Under the pieces are notes generated by a model. That model was given only the letters and a program-made list of their open reading frames with translations, made no database searches and was not told the DNA's origin. From Parcubacteria group bacterium Gr01-1014_3 (GTDB lineage Bacteria > Patescibacteriota > Minisyncoccia > UBA6257 > WO2-44-18): a stretch of 64,000 nucleotides of DNA. The first letter of the stretch is position 1, and the number at the start of each line of letters is the position of its first letter. Made by a program: the position numbers and the translations under genes. Where the stretch lies: positions 167,928 to 231,927 of the forward strand of contig VMGF01000002.1 in NCBI GenBank assembly GCA_007376445.1. The letters run 5' to 3'. Shown one piece after another: positions 16,838 through 27,507 of the stretch.

Positions 16838-18874
16838 TTATTGCACCACCACTTTTCCACCAGCCTTAAAGACATTGCTCGCCGGCCACCAGGAGCCGAA
16901 CTCAAAAGATTCATCCGCTAAAAACTCTACCGTGCCGATCTGTCCGGGAGCTAAGCCTCCAGTTTTAAATTTGGAGCTACGCACTTCCAATCCAGCCGGA
17001 TAAACATTTTCTCTGCGGATGATGAAAGTAATTCTGACCTTGGCGCCGCGCGGCACGGTCAAAACTGACGACGGATAAAAACCGGCATCATCGGCCTCGA
17101 TCTTGAATTCACGGATAGACGGCTCGGTCGTGGAAGTAGGCTTAATAGGTTCAATTTCAAGCGGCATGATGATCGGATCGATAGTCGGAGCTGGCTTCGG
17201 AGTCGGCGCCATGACAGGAGTTTTAACGCCAAGGCACTCCTGATACGCCTTATTCAATGCTTCAGATTTTATCTGATAATCCTTCTCGCTGAGCAGATTG
17301 GAGATGACCAACTCTTTCAAACGGCGCATTTCGGACAGGATCTTTTCGCAGGCATCGGAGGTTCTCGGTTCTATGGTTTTTTGCTCAACCGCCGGCCGGA
17401 GAGCGCCTTCAATCATGCGGGCCAGATCCTGTAAAAAACCTTTGACGTGGCCGATGTGAAGATTGGCCCCAGCCAAATCTTTCTTCGCGAACGCGTCCCG
17501 GGCATACTGGAGGTGTTGCTTGGCCTGATCCAATAAGGCATAGGCTTTCGGATTATTTTCCTGGGTCATCTTGCGATCGATCAGGAGCATCTCGTATTTT
17601 TTAATCCGAAGATCAAATTCGGCAAATATCTTTTCAAGCTCACCGGTATCGGTGGTATTTTTTTCTCCCAGCAATCTGATCGCGTTTCTCGCTAAAACCT
17701 CAGCAGATCTAGCCTGCCCGAAAGCTTCCCCGGCTTTCCCGTTAGTCAGGGCAGAGCCAGCTTCGCGTAAATGCGCCTCGGCTTCTTTGAGTAGCGATGC
17801 CGCCACGCCAGTCGTGTCTTTACGTTCGGCAAGCAGTTTTTTAGCCTCTTCGATAACCTTGGCGGCCCGATCCATCTGCTCTTTTGCTCGTTGAGTGAGG
17901 TCTTCCTCACCTTTGATCAAAGCCTCATAGCTGGAGGATATTTTCCTGATCGCCTCGGAAACCCGGCGGTCAGCCTGCTCCCGAATTTCCTGTAAAATTA
18001 CCGAACGCCGGACATAGTCACCCGGCAAACCCTCAATAGCTTCGCCCACTCCTTCCACTCCATCTTTATCTAAAACATCATTCAGATCTTTTTCTAACTG
18101 CTCGCCGAGACCGTGGCGAAGTTTCTCAAATGCCTCGCGAACATCTTCAGAAGATTTCCTTTGGATGCGGTCGATGATCTCCAGAGACCGGATGTGCTTC
18201 AACTCTCCTCCCTCACCCTCCAAGAGAGCCTGCTCAAATTTTGCCACTAAATTAGAGGGATCTTCTTTGTCAGCCGCGGCGGCGATACCCTCTTCGATAT
18301 TGCCCTTAGCATCTTCGGCGATATCTTTGATCTCTTGCGAATCATCAAAACGGGTGATCAGTTCATCGAAAACTTTTTCATGCTGAATGGTCCGTTCGGC
18401 TAGTTTGGAAAGCAGTTTATCCACTTCCGGGTTTTTAGAAGTTTCACGCAGAGCTTCAAGTCGGGCCTTCAATCTCGCTTGCGCTGCCTGGTAATTTTCC
18501 ACGGCGTCTAAAATCGCCTCGTGATCATCCCCGCTCACCTCCTCTACCTTCTTAAGCTCGGCTAGTTTAGTGTTGGCGATATCTAGCTCAAGTGTGACGC
18601 GACTGGTTGGGTTGAAAGTAAAAACTCTCTGAATAGTCCGTCCCAGTTCCTTAAAAAAATAAAACGGGTTGGATGGCAAGATTCCCGGATTCTCCACGCC
18701 AAGTTCGGCGGCAGAAACCGATTCATCCGCGGAAATTGTTATTTCGACGGGCTCACCCGCCGCCGTTAAAACTCCGGCGGGCAAGCCCGCTTGGGCGAGG
18801 GCAAAGTTGGTAATACCAGCGCTGGATAAGGTCATTAAGCCAGCCGCGGTTAAACTGATAATGATTTTTTTCAT
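16838..18874 (-). CDS. secreted helical/coiled-coil protein with C-terminal cupredoxin-like beta domain
   Basis: Signal peptide, long helical region, Pro-rich linker, then about 90-aa beta-rich C-terminal domain. Confidence 0.4.
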   Translation of the reverse strand: MKKIIISLTAAGLMTLSSAGITNFALAQAGLPAGVLTAAGEPVEITISADESVSAAELGVENPGILPSNPFYFFKELGRTIQRVFTFNPTSRVTLELDIANTKLAELKKVEEVSGDDHEAILDAVENYQAAQARLKARLEALRETSKNPEVDKLLSKLAERTIQHEKVFDELITRFDDSQEIKDIAEDAKGNIEEGIAAAADKEDPSNLVAKFEQALLEGEGGELKHIRSLEIIDRIQRKSSEDVREAFEKLRHGLGEQLEKDLNDVLDKDGVEGVGEAIEGLPGDYVRRSVILQEIREQADRRVSEAIRKISSSYEALIKGEEDLTQRAKEQMDRAAKVIEEAKKLLAERKDTTGVAASLLKEAEAHLREAGSALTNGKAGEAFGQARSAEVLARNAIRLLGEKNTTDTGELEKIFAEFDLRIKKYEMLLIDRKMTQENNPKAYALLDQAKQHLQYARDAFAKKDLAGANLHIGHVKGFLQDLARMIEGALRPAVEQKTIEPRTSDACEKILSEMRRLKELVISNLLSEKDYQIKSEALNKAYQECLGVKTPVMAPTPKPAPTIDPIIMPLEIEPIKPTSTTEPSIREFKIEADDAGFYPSSVLTVPRGAKVRITFIIRRENVYPAGLEVRSSKFKTGGLAPGQIGTVEFLADESFEFGSWWPASNVFKAGGKVVVQ

Positions 18875-18906
18875 ATATTACATAATAGCATAAAATAGGG
18901 CGGCAT

Positions 18907-19731
18907 TTGACAGCTTCTATTCTAAAAACTAAAATTATACCTATGATTAAAAAATTAATAACAACGGTCGCTTTGTCGTTAGTAGTCGCCATGCCAGTCG
19001 CGGCGCAGGAAGCTACAAACGTCCAGCCTACCGGTATTAGAAAAGAGGTTCGAGAAATGCGGGAAGAAACCCTCAAGGATATAAAGGGTATTCGGACCGA
19101 TGCTCAAGCTCAAGTAAAGAGCCTGCGCGATAGCCTACAGGTTGATCTGAAGGCCAAGAGAGAAGAGTTCCAGAAAACAGTTGACGCGAAACGCGAAGAA
19201 GTAAAAACTAAAATCGAGGCTCAGCGCGCGGAATTAAAGGCCCGCCTGGAAAAAATTAAAGATGAGCGCAAGAAGTCGTTAGTCGAGAAGTTGGCGAAGA
19301 GACTCGACGAAATTAACGACAACCGGACCAGGCACTATGGTGAAGTCGTGACTAAAATCGAAAAATCCCTGGAGCGTGTTGCTTCCAGGACCGATAAGGC
19401 CGCTAGCCGAGGATTAGATGTAGCCGCGGTAAAAACCGCGATTGAAGCCGCCAAGAAAGCGATTGCCGATGCCCGGACCGCTATTCAGACTCAAGCCGGT
19501 AAAACCTATCCGATCAACGTGACTACCGAAGTAGCCCTCCGCGCCGCTGTTAAAGCCGCGCATGACGCTTTGAAGGATGATCTTAAGAAAGTTCATGATG
19601 CTGTAAAAGCCGCTCATGACGCCGTCCGCAAGGCCGCTGTGGCTTTAGCGCAAATTCCAAAAGTAGATGATGATTCCGCAACCACAACTCCTTCTTCGGT
19701 CGACAACAACAATCCAACTAATAATCCGTAA
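18907..19731 (+). CDS. secreted coiled-coil protein
   Basis: Signal or TM helix at N-terminus, then heptad-rich sequence with an Asn/Pro tail. Confidence 0.4.
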   Translation: MTASILKTKIIPMIKKLITTVALSLVVAMPVAAQEATNVQPTGIRKEVREMREETLKDIKGIRTDAQAQVKSLRDSLQVDLKAKREEFQKTVDAKREEVKTKIEAQRAELKARLEKIKDERKKSLVEKLAKRLDEINDNRTRHYGEVVTKIEKSLERVASRTDKAASRGLDVAAVKTAIEAAKKAIADARTAIQTQAGKTYPINVTTEVALRAAVKAAHDALKDDLKKVHDAVKAAHDAVRKAAVALAQIPKVDDDSATTTPSSVDNNNPTNNP

Positions 19732-19742
19732 ACATTAAACCT

Positions 19743-19949
19743 ATGAGCAAAACACTTATGGCGATCGTCGTTTTGGCGGTAGTAGTTATCTTGGGCTTCT
19801 GGCTGATGGGTCCATCCGCTGAGGCTCCGAGCGATACCGCCAGCGAAGCCGATACTACGGCGATGATCTCGCAGGAATTAGACAGCGTGAATCTTGGCGA
19901 TCTGGATAAGGAAATGCAAGATGTCACAGCCGAGTTGAACAACCTCTAA
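19743..19949 (+). CDS. small membrane protein
   Basis: Single TM helix, acidic tail. Confidence 0.35.
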   Translation: MSKTLMAIVVLAVVVILGFWLMGPSAEAPSDTASEADTTAMISQELDSVNLGDLDKEMQDVTAELNNL

Positions 19950-19954
19950 AAATA

Positions 19955-19989
19955 AAAAACCACCCGGTCGAATGACTGGGTGGTTTTTT
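19955..19989 (+). terminator. rho-independent terminator (paralog of the 14622 hairpin with compensatory stem changes)
   Basis: AAAAACCACCCGGTCgaatGACTGGGTGGTTTTTT. Confidence 0.75.
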
Positions 19990-20014
19990 ATTTCAAATCG
20001 TTTAAAATAGAAAC

Positions 20015-20725
20015 ATGCATAAAAAACTCTCAGGATTTTTGAATCTGCCAACTGCAATATTTTTAGCCGGACTAATGGTCGCCGTAGCCCTCATCTACGC
20101 CACGGGAAAAGATATCATTCAGCCAGCCTCGCCAGCTCAGCTAGGCGGGCCGAGCCAAGCCAATGTTTTTGATACCCTACTCGCTGGTTCAGATTATTAC
20201 GTACGTGGCAATCCGAACGCGCCCGTGAAGATCATCGAATATTCGGATCTTGAATGTCCATTTTGTAAAAAATTTCAATTAACCATGCAGGAAGTCATGA
20301 GCGCTTATGGCGATCAGGTGGCTTGGATCTATAAGCATTTCCCGCTAGATAGTATTCACTCGAAAGCCCGCGCGGAGGCGAATGCCGCCGAATGCGCCGG
20401 CGAACAGGGCGGTAATAAATCCTTTTGGGATTATCTCGACCGGATCTTCGCCATTACGCCATCGAATAATGGCCTCGACCTGAATGAACTCCCAAAAATC
20501 GCGCAATCTTTGAACTTAAACATGCAAAAATTTCAGCAATGCCTGACTTCAAATAAGTTTGCCTCTCGTATTGAGTCGCATTATCAGGAAGGATTGGAAG
20601 TCGGCGCGCTTGGAACTCCATATTCGATCGTGATCGCGCCAAATGGACAAAAAGGCGTGATTAATGGCGCTCAAGATTATTCCGCGGTTAAGAAGATCAT
20701 CGACACCGCGTTAAAGCTTAAATAG
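20015..20725 (+). CDS. DsbA-family thiol:disulfide oxidoreductase
   Basis: N-terminal TM helix. CPFC active site within a thioredoxin fold. Confidence 0.7.
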   Translation: MHKKLSGFLNLPTAIFLAGLMVAVALIYATGKDIIQPASPAQLGGPSQANVFDTLLAGSDYYVRGNPNAPVKIIEYSDLECPFCKKFQLTMQEVMSAYGDQVAWIYKHFPLDSIHSKARAEANAAECAGEQGGNKSFWDYLDRIFAITPSNNGLDLNELPKIAQSLNLNMQKFQQCLTSNKFASRIESHYQEGLEVGALGTPYSIVIAPNGQKGVINGAQDYSAVKKIIDTALKLK

Positions 20726-21127
20726 TTACTTTTTATCTTCGCAATTAACCGGTTCTGAACTTAGGAACTGGGCCGGTAAAATACTTTCGGCAGCCTTTGT
20801 TAAAACCGAGGAAAGCAGGCTGGGCTTGTCATCATTCTTCGCGCGAAGATCGGTAATCAGTTTTTCCGCTTCTTCGGCAAAGCTTTTCGGAATCGTACTC
20901 GTGGTCTTTACTTCAACTAACTTGGTCTCTAATTTAGAGATCACTTTTTCCCGCTTCTCTGCTGGAGTTGATAAAAAATCTTCCGCTGCCTCTTTGACCT
21001 TAGCGGGGGCGGCTTTAAGCTCAGAAATCGCCGTTTTAGCCTTATTTGCCACGTCTTCGGGTAAGCCATAGAGAAAGACCCACCCGGCTAACGCCGTGGA
21101 GATAATGATGAAAAATAAGGTCTTCAT
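20726..21127 (-). CDS. hypothetical secreted/membrane-anchored protein
   Basis: N-terminal TM helix MKTLFFIIISTALAGWVFL. Confidence 0.4.
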   Translation of the reverse strand: MKTLFFIIISTALAGWVFLYGLPEDVANKAKTAISELKAAPAKVKEAAEDFLSTPAEKREKVISKLETKLVEVKTTSTIPKSFAEEAEKLITDLRAKNDDKPSLLSSVLTKAAESILPAQFLSSEPVNCEDKK

Positions 21128-21187
21128 AAATTCATTATATCATCACTAAATAAAAAGCCCTCCAACTGATTAGTTGGAGGGGAATTA

Positions 21188-23449
21188 TTATCTCAGCTCA
21201 CAAGCACCAGCCGAGCAGGCCAGCTCGCGGGCGCCTTTTGTCTCATCATCCTTTTCGTAAAGCAGGATCTGAGAGAAATCTATCTCGGGAAAATTCTTGG
21301 CCATCTCTTCGTACTGCTCTTTGGTAATTTCTTCGTAGGGAGCCAGAGAATAAACGTGCTCTTCGCGGGGAAAGAAAGAAAGTCCGCCAACCATATCCCA
21401 GTTCTTATCCAGCCAGTTAGCGACCTCAAGCCACTCACTCTTACCGACATAAACCGAAACGGAAGGGTTGTGCTCGGTGAAATTTTCTTTTACCAACTTC
21501 CAGCGTTCCAGCTGTTGCAAAGCAGTCACGTCTTTCATAGTAATAGAACCTTCCGGAGATTTTACCGGGAATTCCAGCACGTAAGTCGCCGCCGTATCCT
21601 CGTTCTGTCCGTTCTCCGGGAAATAGTTGATTTTCTGATCTTTGAGCATCTTAAACAAACTGTCAGTGGCCGAAATCCGGTATCGCCGAATGTAATACGG
21701 GAAATAACGGGTGTGTAGGCCGGAGGATGAATCAACCAGCTGAGAAACAGTGCCCGATGGCTTAACACAAGTAACCGCCACGGATGAATTGATGCCGATC
21801 CGCTTGGAATACAGCCGGTTGGTCGCGATAGCATGCGTCTTCAGCTTCTGGAAAATTTCCGGATTATTTAGCAGTGGACAGTCCCACTGACCAGTAATCG
21901 AAACACCCAGTAAGCGCTCTTGTTCGCAGTTCTTCTGCCACTCTTCTGATAGATATGGGAAATAAGTCAGCGAGGACTGATAAGTGCCGAGAATCGAAGC
22001 AATTCTAATCTTTTTCAACAGCGTTTCTTCGGTATCTTCCGCGCGCGCCACGACCTCGGTCAGATTACAGAATTCTTTGGATTTCAGCACGATCTCACCG
22101 CAAGGATTGGTGCCGCAGGTATCAGCGTCTTTCGCGAATATTTTCCAGCGCCTGGCCGGAAGTTGTTTTTCCAGTCCACCGCGATTAAAGATGCCGCGCT
22201 CACCACTGCCAGCCTTCGCCAGCGCGAGCCATTCTTCCATAAACTCGACCGTATCAGGTTTTTGATTGTAAGCAACGGAGTTATTCGCCATCTTACGCTG
22301 TTCATCGGTCTGGTGGAAATAACCGGTTTTGGCGGCTCGCATATCGAGATCATCCAGATCCGAAAGCGAAAGCATGGCACTCCGGCGGACTCCGCCCATC
22401 TCCACGATCTCACCGATCTTACAGAGAATGTCGTGGACATCGATCGGCTTCAGCCGACGACCTTGGCGCTTCAAAATTCTTTGACGAGTAAACTCCATCA
22501 AGGCCATTAGTGGCCCCGGACCGGAACTACGTCCACCCATCGTGCGCAAACGCGTGCCAGCCCTACGAATCTTGGAATAGTCGAATTTAACATCTTCACC
22601 GGCATACCAGGTCTCCATTCCGAAAATTATCGTGTCCGCCCAGCCTTCTTTGCTATCCGGAACGACATGAACCGGCCGCGTTTTTCCTGCCTGCTTCTTG
22701 ATCTGTGGAAGCTGTTCGACATTCTGGTATTCAACCGAGAAGCCGACACCCGTGCCGCACATCGAAAGATACATAACTTCACCGAAATCCCTGATTTTAG
22801 TAATCGCCACGAACGAGCAGTTATACGCCGCGGCATTAGTCGCCGCAGCCGCTTTACCGGCGCTCCATATCAGACGCATTGAAGGCATCGCACCTTGCGT
22901 TAAAATTGCTTCCCGAACCTCGGCGTATTCTTCATCGGTCAACTTATCGCCAAGATTTTCCTTCATAAAGGCCATATAGCGATCTACAGACTCGACCCAG
23001 GTCTCGCGGCGCACTTCTTCTTCGATCCAACGCGAATAGCTGCGAAAATAAATGAATTCACCTTCCAGTCCGCGGAAGTATTTCTTACTTTCCGCGACCA
23101 GCTGCTTGACCCTCTCTGGTACAACCCGGCTCTTTTCGCGGAGCTCGGCTCGATTCACCCGATAAAGGATGTAAGCTTTGGCGGTTTTCGCGTATTCCTC
23201 AAGAATCAGAATTTTTTCGGCGGTATCTTGAATTTGCTCGATATTTAAAACCTGCTTGGGACGATATTCCTTCAGCAGATCAGCGACAACCTTATCAGCT
23301 ACCTTATAAGCATCTTTCTCACTTCCTTCACCGACAGCCTGCATAGCTTTCCAGACGGCCGCGGCAATCCGCTCTTCGTTAAAAGGCACAACACTGCCAT
23401 CGCGTTTTCTCACCTGAGTAAACATTTTGGCGTTTTTGTCTTTTTGCAC
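21188..23449 (-). CDS. nrdJ: adenosylcobalamin-dependent ribonucleotide reductase, class II (GTG start)
   Basis: N-terminal ATP-cone (VRKRDGSVVPFNEERI). About 750 aa. Cys/Glu active-site region conserved among class I/II RNRs. No NrdB partner present. Confidence 0.8.
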   Translation of the reverse strand: MQKDKNAKMFTQVRKRDGSVVPFNEERIAAAVWKAMQAVGEGSEKDAYKVADKVVADLLKEYRPKQVLNIEQIQDTAEKILILEEYAKTAKAYILYRVNRAELREKSRVVPERVKQLVAESKKYFRGLEGEFIYFRSYSRWIEEEVRRETWVESVDRYMAFMKENLGDKLTDEEYAEVREAILTQGAMPSMRLIWSAGKAAAATNAAAYNCSFVAITKIRDFGEVMYLSMCGTGVGFSVEYQNVEQLPQIKKQAGKTRPVHVVPDSKEGWADTIIFGMETWYAGEDVKFDYSKIRRAGTRLRTMGGRSSGPGPLMALMEFTRQRILKRQGRRLKPIDVHDILCKIGEIVEMGGVRRSAMLSLSDLDDLDMRAAKTGYFHQTDEQRKMANNSVAYNQKPDTVEFMEEWLALAKAGSGERGIFNRGGLEKQLPARRWKIFAKDADTCGTNPCGEIVLKSKEFCNLTEVVARAEDTEETLLKKIRIASILGTYQSSLTYFPYLSEEWQKNCEQERLLGVSITGQWDCPLLNNPEIFQKLKTHAIATNRLYSKRIGINSSVAVTCVKPSGTVSQLVDSSSGLHTRYFPYYIRRYRISATDSLFKMLKDQKINYFPENGQNEDTAATYVLEFPVKSPEGSITMKDVTALQQLERWKLVKENFTEHNPSVSVYVGKSEWLEVANWLDKNWDMVGGLSFFPREEHVYSLAPYEEITKEQYEEMAKNFPEIDFSQILLYEKDDETKGARELACSAGACELR

Positions 23450-23547
23450 TAGTCTCTCCCCTTTCTCTAAAGAGAAAAATTGATTTGTAAAACTACTAAT
23501 TACAAATTATACAGGAGCGGTACAAAAAAGAACAATATTTTGGATTG

Positions 23548-23619
23548 TGCCGCGGGAGGGAATTGAACCCCCGACACGACGCTCTTCAGGCGTCTGCTCT
23601 ACCACTGAGCTACCGCGGC
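23548..23619 (-). tRNA. tRNA-Phe (GAA)
   Basis: GCCGCGG-TA-GCTC-AGTGGTA-GAGC ... GACGC-CUGAAGA-GCGUC ... TTCAATT T-loop. Cloverleaf folds. Confidence 0.85.
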
Positions 23620-23688
23620 AATAGGAACATTTTATCACATTCTTGAATTATATCAATTATAAAAAACTACCGCTTGGGTAGTTTTTAA

Positions 23689-24309
23689 TTATTTTATTAC
23701 ACGCTTTTTCTTATTTTCTTCCTGTTTACGTTCAAGGTCGGAATTCAAGAATACAAATTTATAATAATCTATTTCCAACCCGGCTTTTTCCAACTCATCG
23801 CTGATGTCCTGAAGGTTCTTCTCCAAAATTTTCTTGATCTCCGGGGTAATTTCAATCGCCTGATAAAAATTAAAATCGTATTCCGGAGCAAGGGCGGCGC
23901 CGATCTTATCAAGGCTCGCGCCGTAGAAATTATCGCACCGATTCACGCCACTGCACCGGTATCGCCCATCAGGCATTAGTGTAATGGCGGCGAGGTGCAT
24001 GATCCTATCAATGCCAGAAACATGGTGATCGGGGGTTTTCATATAGTCCACGTAATGCCCGAGCCATATTAGCCAAGCCCGCTGGCCTTTATTCATAGCC
24101 GCTACAACTTCTACAGAAGCTCCGTCTTCACAATCCCCTTTTCCCATGGAAAGAGTGTAGGGCACGCCTTGCCATTTATCTTCACCCTCCGGCTCGGCAA
24201 CATATTCGAATCTCGCGCCACTAACCGGTAGTCGGTAATCATCCCGGAAAATACTACACGCCAATAAAAATAAAAGCGGGGTAACAAAAAACGCGCGTTT
24301 TATATTCAT
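23689..24309 (-). CDS. transglutaminase-like cysteine peptidase lipoprotein
   Basis: Lipobox LLAC. KGDCEDGA (Cys), DHHVSG (His) and Asp spacing as in the BTLCP/transglutaminase-like core. Confidence 0.5.
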   Translation of the reverse strand: MNIKRAFFVTPLLFLLACSIFRDDYRLPVSGARFEYVAEPEGEDKWQGVPYTLSMGKGDCEDGASVEVVAAMNKGQRAWLIWLGHYVDYMKTPDHHVSGIDRIMHLAAITLMPDGRYRCSGVNRCDNFYGASLDKIGAALAPEYDFNFYQAIEITPEIKKILEKNLQDISDELEKAGLEIDYYKFVFLNSDLERKQEENKKKRVIK

Positions 24310-24360
24310 GCAAACCCTCTTCTTTCAAAAGACTTATTTAATTATACCAATTCACGGAAT

Positions 24361-26139
24361 CTAGCTCTCCTTTTTCTTCAAAGATTCTGCAATAGCTTTT
24401 TTAAGCGCTTCGATATCTACTGGTTTTTTTATCGAGCTCATTGGTTTTATATTTTTAGCCTCTTCATCAATCAGATCCGGCGGACGCGAAACTAGTTCTT
24501 TTAAGGACGCCTGCTTGGCCGGCGCTTGTGGGATATTTTCGAATTTTGGCTTGCCCGCCTCTGGCGCTGGCTTGAGTGGAATACGAGGACTTTCCTGGCG
24601 ATCAACCCTGGTCGCCTTTGGCGCCGCCATAGGCGGGTAAATTGGCGTTATGGGTATCTCGCGACGGATATCAACCCTACGAATTTCGGGCTTGCCCGCC
24701 ATGGCGGGCTTATTGCCATAGCTAGTTTGATTTTGATGACCAGGCGCTTCTCTACGAAAACCGTCCATATTGCCCATGCTGATCGGACGATCGGGGCGAT
24801 ATTCTGGACGTGGCCGCCGGATGTCACTACCCATTTGATCTCCTCCTGCGCCACCCTGTTGAAGAAACTCTCCGGCGATCTTTGCTGAAACCACGGCAAT
24901 TGGAGTGGCGTAGGTCTTACGGGTATACTCAATGATCTCCTGAGCATAGGAAGTTGGGGGTTTAGAAATCGGATCCATGGTTTTAGCGGAAAAAGGCCGC
25001 GAAGCCACGCCGTCGATCATCAACTTCACGTAAACGTTATATTTCGCCAGATTCAAAATATCGGTAGCCATAAAATCCGGTTCATATTCTTTTTCTAAAA
25101 ATTCCGCGTCCTCCGCGCCAACCCGGAAGGTTATTAGAGTGCCGACGTTACCGAAAACCGCGTCCCTCATCCTAGTATTCATATCGTGAACCAGCTGACG
25201 GATATATTGATGCGCCAGAATAAGCGAAAGGCGGTATTTTCTGGCCTCAGATAAAATATTCGCGAAAGAATCGGTGGCAAAATTCTGAAACTCGTCTACA
25301 TATAAGAAAAAGTCTTTGCGATCTTTTTCCGCTAAATCAACGCGAGACATAGCCGCTAATTGTAGTTTAGTGATGATCATGGCGCCAAGAAGGGCGGAGT
25401 TATCCTCGCCGATACGGCCCTTGGATAGGTTGAAAATCAGGATTTTCTGCTCATCCATAGCCCTCCGTAAATTCATGGCCGATTTTGGCTGACCAAGAAT
25501 GTTGCGGACGGTTGGATTAGCGACCAGCTGACCGATCTTATTTTGAATAGCGGCAGTCGCTTCGGTCTCGAATTTTTGCGCGTAACGCGCGTACTCATTA
25601 ACCCAAAAACCTTTAATGACCGGGTCTTTCAGCTGGTCAACGATCCTGGCGCGGTATTCCTTGTCGGAGAAGATCCTTAACACACCAAGAATAGTAGAAT
25701 CGCTGAACTCAAGAAGCGCCAAGAGGGCGTTATTCAAAATGTATTCCATGCGAGCGGACCAGACATCCGGCCAGATCTTTTTGAAGACGCCCATGATACT
25801 GGACGCGATCAGCGGGCGCATCTCGTTGGTAACCTGCTCTAATGGATTAAAGGCGATCGGAAAATCGCTGTCGGATGGATTGAAATAGATAACGTCCTTG
25901 ATGCGCTCTTTTGGAACATAATCCAACATCTTTTCCGCGAAATCTCCGTGCGGATCCACCACGCCAACGCCGTGACCGTTCATGATGTCAGAAATAACCA
26001 TGTTCTCCAGCATGGTGGTTTTACCCATTCCGGTCTTACCGATGATGTACATGTGGCGGCGGCGGTCATCTACTTTAATGCCGAATTTTTTATTCGCCCC
26101 GCGGAAATTGGTTTGTCCAAATAATGTAATTTTATCCAT
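24361..26139 (-). CDS. TraG/VirD4-like (T4CP-like) P-loop ATPase with long disordered Pro/Arg-rich C-terminal tail
   Basis: Walker A IIGKTGMGKTT; Walker B FFLYVDEFQNF; ILAHQ motif. No TM segment. About 160-aa low-complexity tail. Confidence 0.5.
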   Translation of the reverse strand: MDKITLFGQTNFRGANKKFGIKVDDRRRHMYIIGKTGMGKTTMLENMVISDIMNGHGVGVVDPHGDFAEKMLDYVPKERIKDVIYFNPSDSDFPIAFNPLEQVTNEMRPLIASSIMGVFKKIWPDVWSARMEYILNNALLALLEFSDSTILGVLRIFSDKEYRARIVDQLKDPVIKGFWVNEYARYAQKFETEATAAIQNKIGQLVANPTVRNILGQPKSAMNLRRAMDEQKILIFNLSKGRIGEDNSALLGAMIITKLQLAAMSRVDLAEKDRKDFFLYVDEFQNFATDSFANILSEARKYRLSLILAHQYIRQLVHDMNTRMRDAVFGNVGTLITFRVGAEDAEFLEKEYEPDFMATDILNLAKYNVYVKLMIDGVASRPFSAKTMDPISKPPTSYAQEIIEYTRKTYATPIAVVSAKIAGEFLQQGGAGGDQMGSDIRRPRPEYRPDRPISMGNMDGFRREAPGHQNQTSYGNKPAMAGKPEIRRVDIRREIPITPIYPPMAAPKATRVDRQESPRIPLKPAPEAGKPKFENIPQAPAKQASLKELVSRPPDLIDEEAKNIKPMSSIKKPVDIEALKKAIAESLKKKES

Positions 26140-26160
26140 ATAGTTTATTAACCGTTGCCA

Positions 26161-27417
26161 TTATTCTACCGGTAATTCGGCCGGTGGCTCGCCTTTCTTG
26201 GTGCCTAAGCGACGCAACAGCGGAGCTTCAACAACGATACTCGGGAAGTGATAAAGCGTGGCTAATTCTTCGATATTTAAGATGCCTACCTTACGTGGCC
26301 AGTACCGGCGCCGATAAGCTTCAAAAAGTTGGCGTTTCTTTAAGAAAACTACTTGTTTTTTAAACAATCCTCGTCCGATGGTGATAGTGTTTGTGTTCGG
26401 CCGGAGACCGTTGATGTGTTGCCCGGTAAACTGGTGGAAGGTAGACATAATAGCCGCGATGTTGCCGCGGGTAAAACTTTTTCGCTTATCGATATAAAGA
26501 AACCGGACATTGGATTCAAAAGCGATCTTACTAAGCTTAGTCTCGACAGCCTCCACGACATCTTTCTCGCCGGGAGTCAGAGCCAGCATCCTAGTTTCTT
26601 TTTCTGGCTTCATCGCCTCCGGCCATTCCGGAGGTTTGACAGGAGCATTGAATAAATTTTTCGCGAAGGTAATGATGCCATCAACGAATCCCGCCGGAGC
26701 CGGCGGAGCTTTCCGTCCGATCAGTTTATCACGGATCACCTCGCCTTTCTTTTTCCATTCCGGGCCGGTCGGCCGGATCAAAATTTGAATCCAAACCGCC
26801 TCGTCGCTTTTCAAGCGAGACATAGCCTCAGCAACCGTGGCGATCGGATCCAACCGCTTTTCCGGAACACTTTCCTCAAAATATTCATGAGTGCGGATCG
26901 GATAGGCGTCTTCTCTTATCAAATGATAGTCAGTGCCCCAGATATCATAAACTTTGTTCGGCAAGGTGGCCGGCATCATGTCCATGTAGTCACTGGTGGC
27001 CAAACTGATCTCCGCGTCCGGATATTGGGCGTAAATAGCTGATTCGATCAAATTCCGATGGCCTTCAATACAACGAATATAAAAATGGATGCCGCTGGAA
27101 TGGCCGACTAACTCAAAGGACATAAAATCCTCTTTTATTTTTCCGTCCCAATATTTTTCAGTAAAACGAAGACCGAAGGAATACATACCATAGCAAGCGG
27201 CAAAAACCTGCTCCATCGCCTTTGGAGTTTTCTCAATTCCCTGCGGGATCTTCGCTTCTAATAGAACCCATTTTTGGCTACGAAGATAGTTGACGTATAC
27301 ATAATAGATCCAAAACTCCCAGGCAACGAAAATTAGCGCCAAGGGCAATAAAATCCACCAAGTGGCGCTTAAAACTATAAGAATACTATTTAAAATTCCT
27401 TGAAGAACTTCTATCAT
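26161..27417 (-). CDS. membrane-anchored protein of unknown function (partner of the ATPase)
   Basis: N-terminal TM hairpin followed by about 370-aa soluble domain. Stop is 22 nt before the ATPase start. Confidence 0.45.
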   Translation of the reverse strand: MIEVLQGILNSILIVLSATWWILLPLALIFVAWEFWIYYVYVNYLRSQKWVLLEAKIPQGIEKTPKAMEQVFAACYGMYSFGLRFTEKYWDGKIKEDFMSFELVGHSSGIHFYIRCIEGHRNLIESAIYAQYPDAEISLATSDYMDMMPATLPNKVYDIWGTDYHLIREDAYPIRTHEYFEESVPEKRLDPIATVAEAMSRLKSDEAVWIQILIRPTGPEWKKKGEVIRDKLIGRKAPPAPAGFVDGIITFAKNLFNAPVKPPEWPEAMKPEKETRMLALTPGEKDVVEAVETKLSKIAFESNVRFLYIDKRKSFTRGNIAAIMSTFHQFTGQHINGLRPNTNTITIGRGLFKKQVVFLKKRQLFEAYRRRYWPRKVGILNIEELATLYHFPSIVVEAPLLRRLGTKKGEPPAELPVE

Positions 27418-27507
27418 GAGTAATCGCTGAAGTGTCAGCTAATCATATTTCCGCGGATAAGTTTATTATACCACGGCCCAACTCTGACACTATAAGCAAT
27501 TCCTCGA

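Noticed and set aside
21188-23449. Intein or homing-endonuclease insertion in the RNR and dnaB genes
   Set aside because: Both protein lengths are normal for their families, and no Cys/Ser-His-Asn splicing-junction blocks were seen.
23450-23547. Possible cobalamin riboswitch or NrdR box upstream of nrdJ
   Set aside because: The intergenic region is only about 100 nt, with no B12-box or NrdR palindrome. It holds only a short TCTCTTTAGAGA palindrome.
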